Shown: positions 1 through 13,453, counted from the first letter of the whole stretch. The stretch: 63,142 bases of DNA, filler included, from Octopus bimaculoides (GCF_001194135.2; 6 parts of 6 records of this genome joined end to end with filler, not necessarily neighbours in it); one strand, 5' to 3'. Made by a program: numbers and translations. The notes: a model not told the origin generated them from the letters alone.

Positions 1-115
1 TTTGCCTTTCATCCTTTTCGGAGTCAATAAATTAAGTATTAGTTATGCACTGGGGTCGATCTAATCGACTGGCCCCCTCCCCCAAAATTTTAGACCTTGC
101 GCCTAGGGAAGAAAA
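1..115 (+). mobile_element. SINE family A, 3' half (cut by window edge)
   Basis: gcctttcatccttttcggagtcaataaattaagt...ggggtcgatctaatcgactggccccctcccccaaaatt...; reverse complement of the copies at 928 and 48917. Confidence 0.85.
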
Positions 116-731
116 AAATATATAGGAGAGTACATTAGATCGTAGATGGAGAAAAAAAATTCGAGACAAGATCAAGTTTCTCAAATAACAGCAAGTTTAA
201 ACAGATCTAATAATTCTATTCTCTTCCTGATGATAGAAACAAGTCGAGGAAAACATGTTTCCTCGCCATTTTCACTTCATATCAGCTTTGAAAATTTAAC
301 ACCGAGCTAAACGCGCTTCCAGAAGGTGCAAACAAAATAAGAAAACGTATAAATATTACAAAATACACACCACACACACATACACGCACATCACACACCA
401 CACACACACACCGTACATACACACATTCTTATGATAAACAGTAATTACACACAAGTTTGCTGTTAACAGGCTGTGCGAACAGGAGAAGCCTGATTGAAAT
501 GGCAGACATATTGGAAAGCCGATAGATTACAAGAAATCTGAGGTATCTAGTCGGCAACAATTTGCTCTTACTTCCGGTACAATGTTATGGAGTTTAGTGA
601 ACATATGACTTCCGGCATTATGAAATTTCAACACTTGTGTTTCTGATACGTTTGCTTGAGATACAATAAATATTTTAATTAGGGCGAACGAGAGAGATAG
701 ACAGACAGACAGACAGACAGACAGGAAAATG

Positions 732-777
<46 letters not shown>

Positions 778-879
778 CGGAGAGGCAGAAAAGATCACGA
801 AGGATATATAGACAACAGTAAATGAACAGTGAAGGAGAAAGAGAGAGCTAGTGAGATAGAGACATAGACAGACAGACAG

Positions 880-917
<38 letters not shown>

Positions 918-927
918 CTAGATGATC

Positions 928-1117
928 TTTTCTACTCTAGGCACAAGGCCCGAAATTTTGGGGGGGCCCCAGTACGCAACTGATATTTAATTTATTGACC
1001 CTCGAAAGGGTGAAAGGCAAAGTCGACCTCGGCGGAATTTTGAACTCGAATTTGACAGACGAAATACCGCTAAGCACTTCGCCCGGCGTGCTAACCACTC
1101 TGCCAGCTCGCCGCCTT
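928..1117 (-). mobile_element. tRNA-derived SINE family A
   Basis: One of 8 copies in the window. Minus strand starts aggcggcgagctggcagagtggttagc (A-box-like) and has gagttcaaaattcc (B-box-like). Confidence 0.9.
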
Positions 1118-1640
1118 ACGCAGCTAGATAATGAGACTGAGAGAGAAAGTTACAGATAACAAGAAAATTAGAGAAATAGATAAATAATAGACAGATAGAG
1201 AGGAAAAAAGAGAAAGAGAGATAGGGAACAATAGACGAATGAAGACAACCGTATTGTAATGGCTGGAAAGGTAACACAGCGTATTCTAAGTAGCAAATGA
1301 AATGTTTTCCCCGAAACATCGATTAATTGAAAGGAAAGCATTGTGAACAGGATTCAATGCATGATCTAACAATATCCGGTTAAGCAAGCAAGGGTTTAAT
1401 TTAAGATCTTACTCAGGTGAACAGGTCGTTCGTTATATTCCGCCGTCGGTATATATATATATATATATATAATTAGTTTTATGAAACAAAAACGAAGAAA
1501 GAAGAATTAATTTTAATTAAATAAATATATACTTAAGTAGGTAGTCCTGACTACATGTATGTATGTATGTATGTATGTATGTATGTATGTATGTATGTAT
1601 GTATGTACGTCTGCATGTGTGTATGTATGCATGCAAATCA

Positions 1641-1674
<34 letters not shown>

Positions 1675-1700
1675 TTTAGTGTACAGTTATAATGAAAACA

Positions 1701-2095
1701 GTGGAGGTGAAGTGGCCCAGTGGTTAGGGCAGCGGACTCGCGGTCATAGGATCGCGGTTTCGATTCCCAGACCGAGCGTTGTGAGTGTTTATTGAGCGAA
1801 AACACTTAAAAGCTCCACGAGGCTCCGGCAAGGGATGGTGGCGAACCCTGCTTTACTCTTTCACCACAACTTTCTCTCACTCTTACTTCCTGTTTCTGTT
1901 GTGCCTGTAATTCAAAGGGTCAGCCTTGTCTCACTCTGTGTCACGCTGAATATCCCCGAGAACTACGTTAAGGGTACACGTGTCTGTGGAGTGCTCAGCC
2001 ACTTGCACGTTAATTTCACGAGCAGGCTGTTCCGTTGATCGGATCAACTGGAACCCTCGACGTCGTAAGCGACGGAGTGCCAACAACTACAACAA
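1701..2095 (+). mobile_element. tRNA-derived SINE family B, full length (~395 bp) with (CAA)n tail
   Basis: tggcccagtggttagggc (A box), ggtttcgattccc (B box); near-identical copies at 54209 and 55588. Confidence 0.9.
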
Positions 2096-4065
2096 TCCCT
2101 TGTTCTTACAAACATCCCCACCCCTAAGCACAGTTTAAGGTAAGCTATTCATCGAGAGACTCATAGCTGAGTCAACCTCATTGTATTACTGGTACTCACC
2201 TACTTAATTCCTGGCGAGATTTGAACGCAGAACATTAAGCAGCAAACCAAAGCATTCTAATAAATGCTAACGTGATCGAAGTCCTGCCCCCCTCTCCTCT
2301 CTCAGCCAATTCTACCGCCTTCGAAGCTTGCTAATAAATATTGATTTTAATTAATATATTTATTGATTTCGTTTGAGTTGATCTAATAAATATTAATAAA
2401 TATTATTAATTATTATTATGCCCACTACCTTCGTATATAGGCATTTGTATGTGTGTGCGGGTTCACACGCATGTGTGTATGTTTGTGTGTGGTGACTTTG
2501 TACTTATGCGTACGCGTGAGCGTGCGTGTGTATATGCGTGAACATACATACATGGTGCATGTATATATGCGTGTATGTATGCGTGTATACATGTATATAT
2601 ATATATATATATATNNNNNNNNNNNNNNNNNNNNNNNNNNNNNNNNNNNNNNNNNNNNNNNNNNNNNNNNNNNNNNNNNNNNNNNNNNNNNNNNNNNNNN
2701 NNNNNNNNNNNNNNNNNNNNNNNNNNNNNNNNNNNNNNNNNNNNNNNNNNNNNNNNNNNNNNNNNNNNNNNNNNNNNNNNNNNNNNNNNNNNNNNNNNNN
2801 NNNNNNNNNNNNNNNNNNNNNNNNNNNNNNNNNNNNNNNNNNNNNNNNNNNNNNNNNNNNNNNNNNNNNNNNNNNNNNNNNNNNNNNNNNNNNNNNNNNN
2901 NNNNNNNNNNNNNNNNNNNNNNNNNNNNNNNNNNNNNNNNNNNNNNNNNNNNNNNNNNNNNNNNNNNNNNNNNNNNNNNNNNNNNNNNNNNNNNNNNNNN
3001 NNNNNNNNNNNNNNNNNNNNNNNNNNNNNNNNNNNNNNNNNNNNNNNNNNNNNNNNNNNNNNNNNNNNNNNNNNNNNNNNNNNNNNNNNNNNNNNNNNNN
3101 NNNNNNNNNNNNNNNNNNNNNNNNNNNNNNNNNNNNNNNNNNNNNNNNNNNNNNNNNNNNNNNNNNNNNNNNNNNNNNNNNNNNNNNNNNNNNNNNNNNN
3201 NNNNNNNNNNNNNNNNNNNNNNNNNNNNNNNNNNNNNNNNNNNCACTAATACCTTAACAAACCATCACACACACACACATACACACACATATACATGCAC
3301 ACATGCAAACTCACAATCACTCCATGACATGAACGCACTAACACACCAACTCGCTGTCACACGAGCAAACCGTCGTAGAAACACAGCTACACATGCTATC
3401 TCCCCAACATCTTAACAATCTCACAAACCAACACTCTGACACACCATGATACCATCACACCATCACACCATCACACCAACGCATCTCCAAACACTTTCAG
3501 AGCAACTCTGCCGTAATCCAATCATAAAAGGCAACGACTATTAATTAGGACAAATGGCGATTTGTGTGTCGTTTGACAGATTAAGCTTTCCGTGCGCAGA
3601 TCAAGGGCGGACTGCCGGCTCTTGAGCGAACGTACGAGGAGCGTTAATAGAGAATGTTTTATGGGGGAGAACGAAAGTGTCGGTGGGGGCCCCATTAACC
3701 TATGGCAATGTGGGGTATTAACAACCATAATAAGCAAGCCACACTGTGCAAACGATGAAATTTCGTTTATACGTAATTGCTTTATTTGTGAATGAATTAT
3801 GATAGTAGCAAACGGGTCAATTTAGCTATTGATATACACTTGAATATAATGTGTGTGTGTGTATGCATGTATGTATGTACGTATGTATAAACTCATTCCA
3901 TCGAATATGTGTGTGTGTGTGTGTATGTGTGTGTGTGTGTGTGCGTGTGTGTATGTATTATTGTTGAGTTCTGTCAAAGCAATAATAATCCTCAGTTTTT
4001 TTTTCTTCTATTTGGATACAATTGATTTCGTTCAGAATGACGATAGGAAACTACGTAGATAGGCG

Positions 4066-4138
<73 letters not shown>

Positions 4139-4195
4139 TCTTTTGATAGATTCTGTCAAATTGAAAGAGTTCTCCGTAGGTCCTTTTACTGCTAA

Positions 4196-4230
<35 letters not shown>

Positions 4231-4245
4231 TTCTTTTTTTTTTCT

Positions 4246-4288
4246 TTTCAAAGTTTCAGCTCAGAGCTGCGGCCATGCTGATGCACCA
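4246..4288 (-). mobile_element. 43-nt retroposon 3'-end stub
   Basis: Exact reverse complement of 50276-50318; homologous to the SINE C tail. Confidence 0.75.
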
Positions 4289-4297
4289 CCTATCTAT

Positions 4298-4333
<36 letters not shown>

Positions 4334-5274
4334 TTATCTATATGTTTGCATTCGCGCGTGTATGTGCACTCGTGTGTGTGTTTGCATTATTATTATTATG
4401 TGCAATAATATATATATACATTATGTATAATATATATATANNNNNNNNNNNNNNNNNNNNNNNNNNNNNNNNNNNNNNNNNNNNNNNNNNNNNNNNNNNN
4501 NNNNNNNNNNNNNNNNNNNNNNNNNNNNNNNNNNNNNNNNNNNNNNNNNNNNNNNNNNNNNNNNNNNNNNNNNNNNNNNNNNNNNNNNNNNNNNNNNNNN
4601 NNNNNNNNNNNNNNNNNNNNNNNNNNNNNNNNNNNNNNNNNNNNNNNNNNNNNNNNNNNNNNNNNNNNNNNNNNNNNNNNNNNNNNNNNNNNNNNNNNNN
4701 NNNNNNNNNNNNNNNNNNNNNNNNNNNNNNNNNNNNNNNNNNNNNNNNNNNNNNNNNNNNNNNNNNNNNNNNNNNNNNNNNNNNNNNNNNNNNNNNNNNN
4801 NNNNNNNNNNNNNNNNNNNNNNNNNNNNNNNNNNNNNNNNNNNNNNNNNNNNNNNNNNNNNNNNNNNNNNNNNNNNNNNNNNNNNNNNNNNNNNNNNNNN
4901 NNNNNNNNNNNNNNNNNNNNNNNNNNNNNNNNNNNNNNNNNNNNNNNNNNNNNNNNNNNNNNNNNNNNNNNNNNNNNNNNNNNNNNNNNNNNNNNNNNNN
5001 NNNNNNNNNNNNNNNNNNNNNNNNNNNNNNNNNNNNNNNNNNNNNNNNNNNNNNNNNNNNNNNNNNNNNNNNNNNNNNNNNNNNNNNNNNNNNNNNNNNN
5101 NNNNNNNNNNNNNNNNNNNNNNNNNNNNNNNNNNNNNNNNNNNNNNNNNNNNNNNNNNNNNNNNNNNNNNNNNNNNNNNNNNNNNNNNNNNNNNNNNNNN
5201 NNNNNNNNNNNNNNNNNNNNNNNNNNNNNNNNNNNNNNNNNNNNNNNNNNNNNNNNNNNNNNNNTATATATATA

Positions 5275-5476
5275 CTGGTGGCCCCAAAGTAGGTTTACAG
5301 TTATTCATCTATCTCTTTCGCATAGATATATTAACAGTTTAGATCTTAATTGTAAAAAAATATGAAACCATTTTTCTATGCTAATTTAGTTAATTGCAAG
5401 ATAGAGATTTAGATGTAATAAAATGTTTTAAATGAAATTTAAAGTGCCTACGTGATAACTGTAAACCTACTTTGGG
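5275..5476. mobile_element. Tc1/mariner-type MITE
   Basis: TIRs ccaaagtaggtttacagttat / ataactgtaaacctactttgg; inverted homologous copy at 62001-62246; TA flank on the left. Confidence 0.85.
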
Positions 5477-5553
5477 ATTATCTATCTATCTATCTAGATG
5501 GATAGATAGATAGATACACACACTTTAAGTATGTAATACAGATAATGATTATA

Positions 5554-5615
5554 GCGGTGATGCCCCAGCATGACCGCAGCTTTGAAGCTGAAACAATTTA
5601 AAGATTTAAAGATTT
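5554..5615 (+). mobile_element. SINE C-type 3' tail stub with short tandem tail
   Basis: gccccagcatgaccgcagctttgaagctgaaac followed by repeated ttaaagat. Confidence 0.65.
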
Positions 5616-6535
5616 ATACGTTTGTTTGTTTGTTTGTTTGTTTGTTTGTTTATTGCTTTATGAAAGAAAGAAGACAAATTATTTCGTTGTTATTGATGAG
5701 AATATTGATTTAAATTTGATATTGTTCGTATGACTGTTGTTGTTGTCGTAGTTATAGATGTTGTCGTTGTTGTTGTTGTTTTTGTGGTTGTTAAGGTTGT
5801 GATTAACGATCTTGTTGCCAATATAATATTAGTGGTGGTGGTGGTGGTTATGGTGGTGGTGGTGGTGGTGGTTATGGTGGTAGTGGTGGTGGTGGTGGCG
5901 GTGGTGGCGGTGGTGGTGGTTATGNNNNNNNNNNNNNNNNNNNNNNNNNNNNNNNNNNNNNNNNNNNNNNNNNNNNNNNNNNNNNNNNNNNNNNNNNNNN
6001 NNNNNNNNNNNNNNNNNNNNNNNNNNNNNNNNNNNNNNNNNNNNNNNNNNNNNNNNNNNNNNNNNNNNNNNNNNNNNNNNNNNNNNNNNNNNNNNNNNNN
6101 NNNNNNNNNNNNNNNNNNNNNNNNNNNNNNNNNNNNNNNNNNNNNNNNNNNNNNNNNNNNNNNNNNNNNNNNNNNNNNNNNNNNNNNNNNNNNNNNNNNN
6201 NNNNNNNNNNNNNNNNNNNNNNNNNNNNATTATATTTCATTTTATTTTCTTAGAAAACAAAAACAAAAAAAACGACGAAGCAATAAAAATTACATGAAAT
6301 AAATGATAAATAAAATAAAATAAAATAAATGAAAAAATAAATAAAAGAGAAAAATGTATAAAAAAAAGGTAATTATAATCTTTGAAGCGTCTTCGTTGTT
6401 ACCGAAAACAAAATGGAGGACCCTTTTGTGTTGGTTGTCTCTTGTTATTCACCACCGCTCGACTCAACAGTCTGCCAGTTGATTACAAAATGAGACGTGG
6501 GAAATGAATAAGAATAACGAAATAAGAAAATAACG

Positions 6536-6560
6536 CAACAACAACAACAACAACAACAAC

Positions 6561-6641
<81 letters not shown>

Positions 6642-6741
6642 AATAATAATAATAATAATAATAATAATAGTAATAGTAATAATAATAATAATAATAATAA
6701 CAATAATAATAATACTAATAATAATGATAATAATAATAATA

Positions 6742-6773
<32 letters not shown>

Positions 6774-6870
6774 AGTTGTAGTAATGATAATAAAAGTAAT
6801 AACAACCAGCATGATAACAGCAACAATAATAATAAGGAAGAAAGAGGAGGAGGAGGAGGAGGAGGAGAAG
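6536..6870. repeat. Compound trinucleotide microsatellite (ACA/ATA/ATG/GGA)
   Basis: Directly visible; source of the poly-I/M/L/S ORFs. Confidence 0.95.
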
Positions 6871-6887
6871 AAGGAGAAGAAGAAGAA

Positions 6888-6929
<42 letters not shown>

Positions 6930-7701
6930 ATAAAAGACAAAAGCTGCAAATTATTTTTGTTGTTGTTGTTGTTGTTACTTTGGTTTGGTGATTAGTTCTT
7001 CAACATCGCCGTCTTCGTAGTCGTCATCATCTTCATCATCACCATCACTATAACCATCAACGTCGTCGTCATCATCGTCGTCATCACTGTCATCATCATC
7101 ATCATCATCATCAGCAGCATCATCATTATTATTATTATTATTATTACTTCTCCCTCTTCCCCGTTGCCGCCTCCGTAGTCCTGTACTCTTCATTTTCTTT
7201 CTTTCTTTCTTTCTTTCTTTAACGAGACAACTCGATTCGATCAAAGACATACAGTAAAACAAATTAAATAAAACCAACCAGCCAACAAACAAACAAACAA
7301 ACAAACAAACAAATAATCGATCACAAACCTATAAACCTTACGTATGATCACCCGTTCACTCACCCGCTCACCCGCGCGTCTGCCCTTACGTACACGCGTA
7401 CTAAACACCCCTGTCGTTCTTGTCTACTTCATCACTCTGCACTGGCATACACAGAGGCACGCTGGCGTATGCCGGAATGTGGATATTCCAACGTGACCCG
7501 AACAATAATACTTCGTCAGTCATTTGTTTTGTCTATTGATAATTCCACACCGATATTGCTTATTGTCTGTGCAACAATGGATCTCGTTCGCTGGTATCGT
7601 CTGCGGTTCTGGTCTGTAGATTGCAAGACAAAAGAACAGCGAGATTGTGCCGTCAAGTGCCTGAGTTCAACTGTCGAATTAAATGGAAAATAAATTCAAG
7701 T

Positions 7702-7837
7702 CACTTAATTTATCGACCCCGAAAGGAGGAAAAGCAAAGTCGACCTCGGCGGAATTTGAACTCAGAACGTAGTGACGGGCGAAATACCGCTAAGCATTTC
7801 GTCCAGCGTGCTAACGATTCTGCCAGCCCATCGCCTT
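7702..7837 (-). mobile_element. SINE family A, 5' part
   Basis: aaagtcgacctcggcggaatttgaactcagaac...ccgctaagcatttcg shared with the other copies. Confidence 0.9.
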
Positions 7838-8507
7838 TTTATTAATATATAATGTGTAGAGTTTTGTTGCGTCTTGGGTGAGTCATTGCGCCAATAATAA
7901 CAACAACACACGCACAGATTCAATTCCAATTCTTTATTGCACTTCTTTATTGTTTATTCAGTTGAATAACAACAAAGAATTGAAATTGAATCTGTGCGTG
8001 TGTTGTTAATGTAATCATTGGCGTAATGGCCCTCACAAGACACAACAACAACATTTGTTTCAACACAAGAATTCACATCAAAAAGCTTGCGAACCAAAGT
8101 CACAAGATGAAGTAATGAGTAATGTCCGCACCATAAATCTGATGACAAAAAAAATTAAGAATGGTGGTTGGTATTTGCGTAAAAGGGGCTTTTATTGGCT
8201 GATGATTGTTAAATAGCAGCCCTGGATATGAAGCGCATAATGTACGATGTATTATCGCACAATGGACTATATCATTAAATGTACTTTCTTCTAATTTATG
8301 TTAATGAATAGTCGGTTGTCGGTTCTGGAAACTCCTTTCACTTTATATATGTGTGTGTGTGTGTGTGTGTATACGTATGTATATATATATGTGTATATAT
8401 ATCTATAATATATATACACACACAATTATATTTATACCTATATCTATCTATCTCTCTCTATATATATATATGCACATATATATATATATATATATATATA
8501 TACCTAC

Positions 8508-8562
<55 letters not shown>

Positions 8563-9882
8563 TACACACACACACACAGAGAANNNNNNNNNNATATATA
8601 TATATATATATACATAAATACATACATACACATGTGCATATAATATTAGTAGATATAGAAAAGTGTTAGTTACATAGAAAGACAGGCAAACTTCATACAT
8701 CACTTAACGGAGACAAACTAACGAGAGACAAACAGAGGCAAATAGATAGCGAGGTAGATAAAAATGTAAAGACGAATAAATAAAAATAATACGATAAATA
8801 AAATACATAATAAAGACGATGTCAATTTTCTCAAGAATCTGTTATTTCACGATTGGTTTTTTTTGCTTTTTTTTTTGTTAGTGCACTAAGCGACATCATC
8901 AAAGTTAAATCTGATGTCGCAAAAGATTCTCGGAAAAGGTGTAAGTTTAATACAATTTGCTGCTATTAAACGTGATGGAATATTTGCTGTAGCAGTCTGA
9001 GCGAGAAGAATATCTACAAGACAAAACAACTGGTGATGTCATTCGGTAGAAAAGAGATCATGTGATGCTTTCCCGTTCTTTGTAGACGTTGTGTGCGTGT
9101 GTGAGTGTTTATGTGTGTGTGTGTGTGTGTGTATTTATAAATATGTATACATAAACATTTAAATATGCATAAATATATACGCGCGCACGCACACACACAC
9201 TTACACATATATATTATACATACACCACATACTGAATGTGTTTATGCGTGTGCGCACATGCATACAGACATATCTATACACACCTACATACATACATACA
9301 TACACACATACATACATACATGCATATATATATATACATACATATATATGCATATATATGTATACATACATATATATACATACATATATACACAATACAC
9401 ACACATACATACATATATATATATACATATATATATATACATGCATATATATATATANNNNNNNNNNNNNNNNNNNNNNNNNNNNNNNNNNNNNNNNNNN
9501 NNNNNNNNNNNNNNNNNNNNNNNNNNNNNNNNNNNNNNNNNNNNNNNNNNNNNNNNNNNNNNNNNNNNNNNNNNNNNNNNNNNNNNNNNNNNNNNNNNNN
9601 NNNNNNNNNNNNNNNNNNNNNNNNNNNNNNNNNNNNNNNNNNNNNNNNNNNNNNNNNNNNNNNNNNNNNNNNNNNNNNNNNNNNNNNNNNNNNNNNNNNN
9701 NNNNNNNNNNNNNNNNNNNNNNNNNNNNNNNNNNNNNNNNNNNNNNNNNNNNNNNNNNNNNNNNNNNNNNNNNNNNNNNNNNNNNNNNNNNNNNNNNNNN
9801 NNNNNNNNNNNNNNNNNNNNNNNNNNNNNNTATTAAACATCAAATATCTATGAAGATCTCTCCGAGTAAAATAGGAATCCAA

Positions 9883-9908
9883 GGGGTGGGGTGGGGTGGG
9901 GTGGGGGG
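9883..9908 (+). repeat. (GGGGT)n G-quadruplex-forming tract
   Basis: ggggtggggtggggtggggtgggggg: five G4+ runs with 1-nt loops. Confidence 0.7.
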
Positions 9909-9922
9909 CATAAATGAAAATG

Positions 9923-10310
9923 GTTGAAGGATTTGTTGCATGTTGTGTTCACTTGATGCTAAGAAGTCTTGGTCAAGCTGCAGAGGAGAGAAGAGATATT
10001 GCCAGAAAATCACTGGAAGCTGCTGAGAAAGCAAGTCGTAAAATCTTACACAAGAGAAAAGACGAGTGGTGCAGCAAAAATGAGCATTGAAGATGATAGG
10101 AACATCTGGCCAAGAGTCACAAATGTTTGACTCAACAAAGCTTGTGCTCTTATACGGGAGATTTGTCGCTCTACATCGGTGGTGGGTAACCCTCTGCAGC
10201 TCTGGTGTCACGGTGGGAGGGGCCGAAGCATTGACAGAGCTGCTTCGCCGCCTTGACGGGACATCGACTTCTGTGTTGGAAAAAGGATTACAACAGCACC
10301 TTCAGCACAC
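9923..10310 (+). mobile_element. HERO/NeSL-like RLE non-LTR retrotransposon, ORF C-terminus plus putative 3' UTR
   Basis: 9923-10090 translates VEGFVACCVHLMLRSLGQAAEERRDIARKSLEAAEKASRKILHKRKDEW...*, resembling the GFxxxSxxxLLxxLG...EAAExASRWLWxKR tail of HERO-clade ORFs; UTR extent is approximate. Confidence 0.6.
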
Positions 10311-10532
10311 AAGTGTTTACTCTAAAACGTATTCACCGTATCGAAACTGATGGCATAAAGCACAGCAGTGACCTCTGCTGTCAACTGTCGCTGTTAAAAT
10401 TGTCTGCTAAACAAACTCTCCATTACTAGAAGGAGACAAATGCACAGCTTCGATTGCAATTCGCTGTATTAAACTGTTATTGCGCGTTCGCTTCTCTTCT
10501 CCGCCATCGATGCAGACCTCTTGATAATTGAC

Positions 10533-10545
10533 GTTGCTTAGCAAC
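10533..10545. promoter_or_regulatory. RFX X-box-like palindrome
   Basis: GTTGCTTAGCAAC in a unique-sequence island. Confidence 0.3.
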
Positions 10546-10776
10546 AAAAATAGTGAAGTGCTTTTCACATCCAGAACGAAAATAGTGAAAAGAAAATAAA
10601 CGTAAAATATTGTGAAAATAATATGATTAAAAATCATTAAAAGTTATTTTAAAATATTGATGCGTCATCGTCATCGTCATCATCTTCTTCTTCTTCTTCG
10701 TAATTTTACTTCTTTTTACATTTTTCACAATTTATCACGTAAAAAATAAGTTTATAAGTTTATATATATATATATG

Positions 10777-10829
<53 letters not shown>

Positions 10830-11241
10830 GAAAGACATTGTCAACTAAATTTTGCTTACAAAGCAGTGGTCAACTCTGAGATAAGGTGAAAGACTCTTGT
10901 GGAAGGTACACCACATTGGCACCATGGAAATAAACCCGGAACTCCTTAATCAAATTGCAATTCGGTGAATTAGAAGTAAAAATAATAAATGACTAAAAAA
11001 AAAAATAGAGATCACAAACAGACGCACCGGCATCAATAACAAGGAGAACCAGAACGGTTAAGAAGTGAATTGAAATATATTGGGAACTGAGATTTGGCAG
11101 CGGAGTATAAATGAGAAGCACAAAGCAGTGAGATACAGAAGAAGACATCGTTGTTGCCAGCGACGTTACAATGGGTGTAGAACGGCGAAGAGACAAAACA
11201 ACAGCAAACGGCAGTAGGAGAAATAAGAATATGATCTTGGC

Positions 11242-11255
11242 GTTGTCATAGAAAC
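11242..11255. promoter_or_regulatory. RFX X-box-like motif
   Basis: GTTGTCATAGAAAC resembles GTNRCCATRGNAAC. Confidence 0.3.
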
Positions 11256-11709
11256 TGAGATATCAGTTTAAAATTTCCAAATTACTATAAGAACTTTGGT
11301 AATGAAGATTTCTTTTCTATTCGTTTATTTCATTTCATTTCCCCGTTGTTGTTGTTTTCTGTTATTTTTCGGGTTCTTTGCTGTCCTCGTGTTATTCCAA
11401 ACGCAATCATTTCATTTCCAGTCATTCCTGTCTCAGGTTATTATTACAGAAAAAAGAAATATATATATATATATATATATTGACTTTAACTAGGAAAACG
11501 ATTACGGGGGTGTATGTATGTATGTATGTATGTATGTATATATATGCATATATATATATATATATACTCACACACGTATATTCATACAGGCATACATACA
11601 AATAAACATATATACATGCACACACACACACATATATATACACAAATATATATATATGTATACATAAATACATACGTATATACCTTTACATATATGCGTG
11701 TGTATGGAT

Positions 11710-11753
<44 letters not shown>

Positions 11754-13395
11754 ATATATATATATATATGCATACGTATATATCCATAGATACATACGTA
11801 TACATATACAGATATATATAATATAATATAGGATAAATTCTTTATAAGAATTTATCAAGTAGTCAGCGTGAAAAAACCTCATAATGAAAAAATAACGAAG
11901 AATTTCGTATTTTTTCATATATTTAAATATACAGATATATATATATATATATACATATAAATATGTATAAATCTGTGTACGTGTATATGCATATATACTA
12001 TTATACACACACACTCACGCGTATATACACAAACGTAAATGGTGTGTAGGTGTCTCTCAAGTAATATGTTTACGCTGTATGTAACTACGTTAAAGCAGTT
12101 GTGTGTGAATGACAAAATAACGTAACAACTAGAAAATGAACACTAGAAATAACTGCGAAGTGGAAGCCTCGTTATGGGAACAGCCACCGATTTCCAGTTG
12201 ATAACGCTTCATCAGACGTTTTTATAGTTTTGGTTCTCATAAATAAACTGACACAGTAAGGATCGGGAAATCAGCGCTTGTAAAAGGCTAAGGGAATAAA
12301 CCCCTACAAAAAAAAAATCCAGAAAGAGGTATCATAAGGCCGATGTGTATAGCTACGGCTATACTTAACCATTATCCGGCAACATTTGCGGCTACGAGGC
12401 CGTTGTGAAAGTACTCACTCATGTCCTTCCTTTGTGGCATGAAACGGATCCATTTTTCGTCAAGAAAAGGATCATTGGTGTTTTGCAGAAAGAGCATCGA
12501 TCACACTTTAAAACGCCAAACTTTTTGATTTTCATTGAGCTCATGCGTAAATAGAAAGACATTTTGCGTAGATTTATTTGTCTGAAATTGTGTTCCGGAG
12601 GCGAAGGTCTGCGTGAGATAATATTCCCCTAAATGCATCCTCTGTAAAAATAATGACATCATGATGGTCACAGCTGGATTGTCATTGATTCTAAATCGTC
12701 TCGATTAGGGGTGGCATTGTGGCAACTCTGATCTGACACTGCATTTACAAGAACATCAGTATCAGACTCAGCAAATTTGAAAGACATATCTGACACCAAA
12801 AAAATTACGTAAAACTGGAATTGTTTACCAAGATCTTCATTGTTATTAAACAAAAAAAAAACCAACCCATACAACCCTAAATTCCTAACCGGTACCCTAT
12901 AAAAAAAAAGTGAGTTACAAAAGATACAGAAAAAAGTAAAGGAAAAAATTATAACTTTTTCTTGTTTCTTAACTCAGTTACATCAAACGCAGGGGACAGA
13001 GTTATGGCGGCGATATTGTCGGTGGGCTGAAGATTGGAACGAAAAATGAGAAGCAATCACGAATTTGGAAGTAAAACTTGGAAGTAAAATAATATCAAGA
13101 GAAATGAAAAAAGAACTAAAAAATAACAGGACTAAAAAAAAATAAAACATAAAAAAGTAAGACAGTTTATCAAAGGGAGAATGCCCAGAGGTTATGCATT
13201 TTATTGTCACGTACGGAGCTGATCGTGAAGAAAGTATTAAAAATAAGATAAAGATGAGATTAAAATATTTATTGTCATTTTTATATATGTATTTATTTGT
13301 TTCTTTATATATTTACGTGTGTGCGTATATATATGTGTGTTTCTTTATTGCTTCGTTAAAGAATAGTCAGCCATTTTTATGTTTTTACAAGTCAG

Positions 13396-13453
13396 ATCTG
13401 ATAAGAGTTCTAAAGGAACTGTATGAGACGAAAAGAAAGAACGTGCGCCGTGG
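13396..13453 (+). CDS. Candidate 58-nt coding micro-exon (xLIRVLKELYETKRKNVRRG)
   Basis: ttttatgtttttacaagtcag| acceptor, open frame, GG|gtacgt donor; protein not recognised. Confidence 0.2.

Noticed and set aside
220-250. CTGATGA-ta-GAAA hammerhead-like motif
   Set aside because: No stem II and no convincing stem I
469-542. Exon-like segment (ttaacag|...gag|gtatct)
   Set aside because: Stop codons in all three frames; could only be non-coding and has no other support
1701-1780. tRNA gene (also 23100-23197, 39085-39150 and 55588-55660)
   Set aside because: A and B boxes are present but there is no acceptor stem or cloverleaf, and the sequence continues into SINE bodies
10860-10950. Very degenerate SINE heads (also 2130-2260 and 24290-24360)
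   Set aside because: Similarity too weak to set boundaries
12300-12900. Possible piggyBac-like transposase remnant (IHIGLMI on the minus strand)
   Set aside because: One weak motif only; no TTAA/CCC termini or further DDD motifs found
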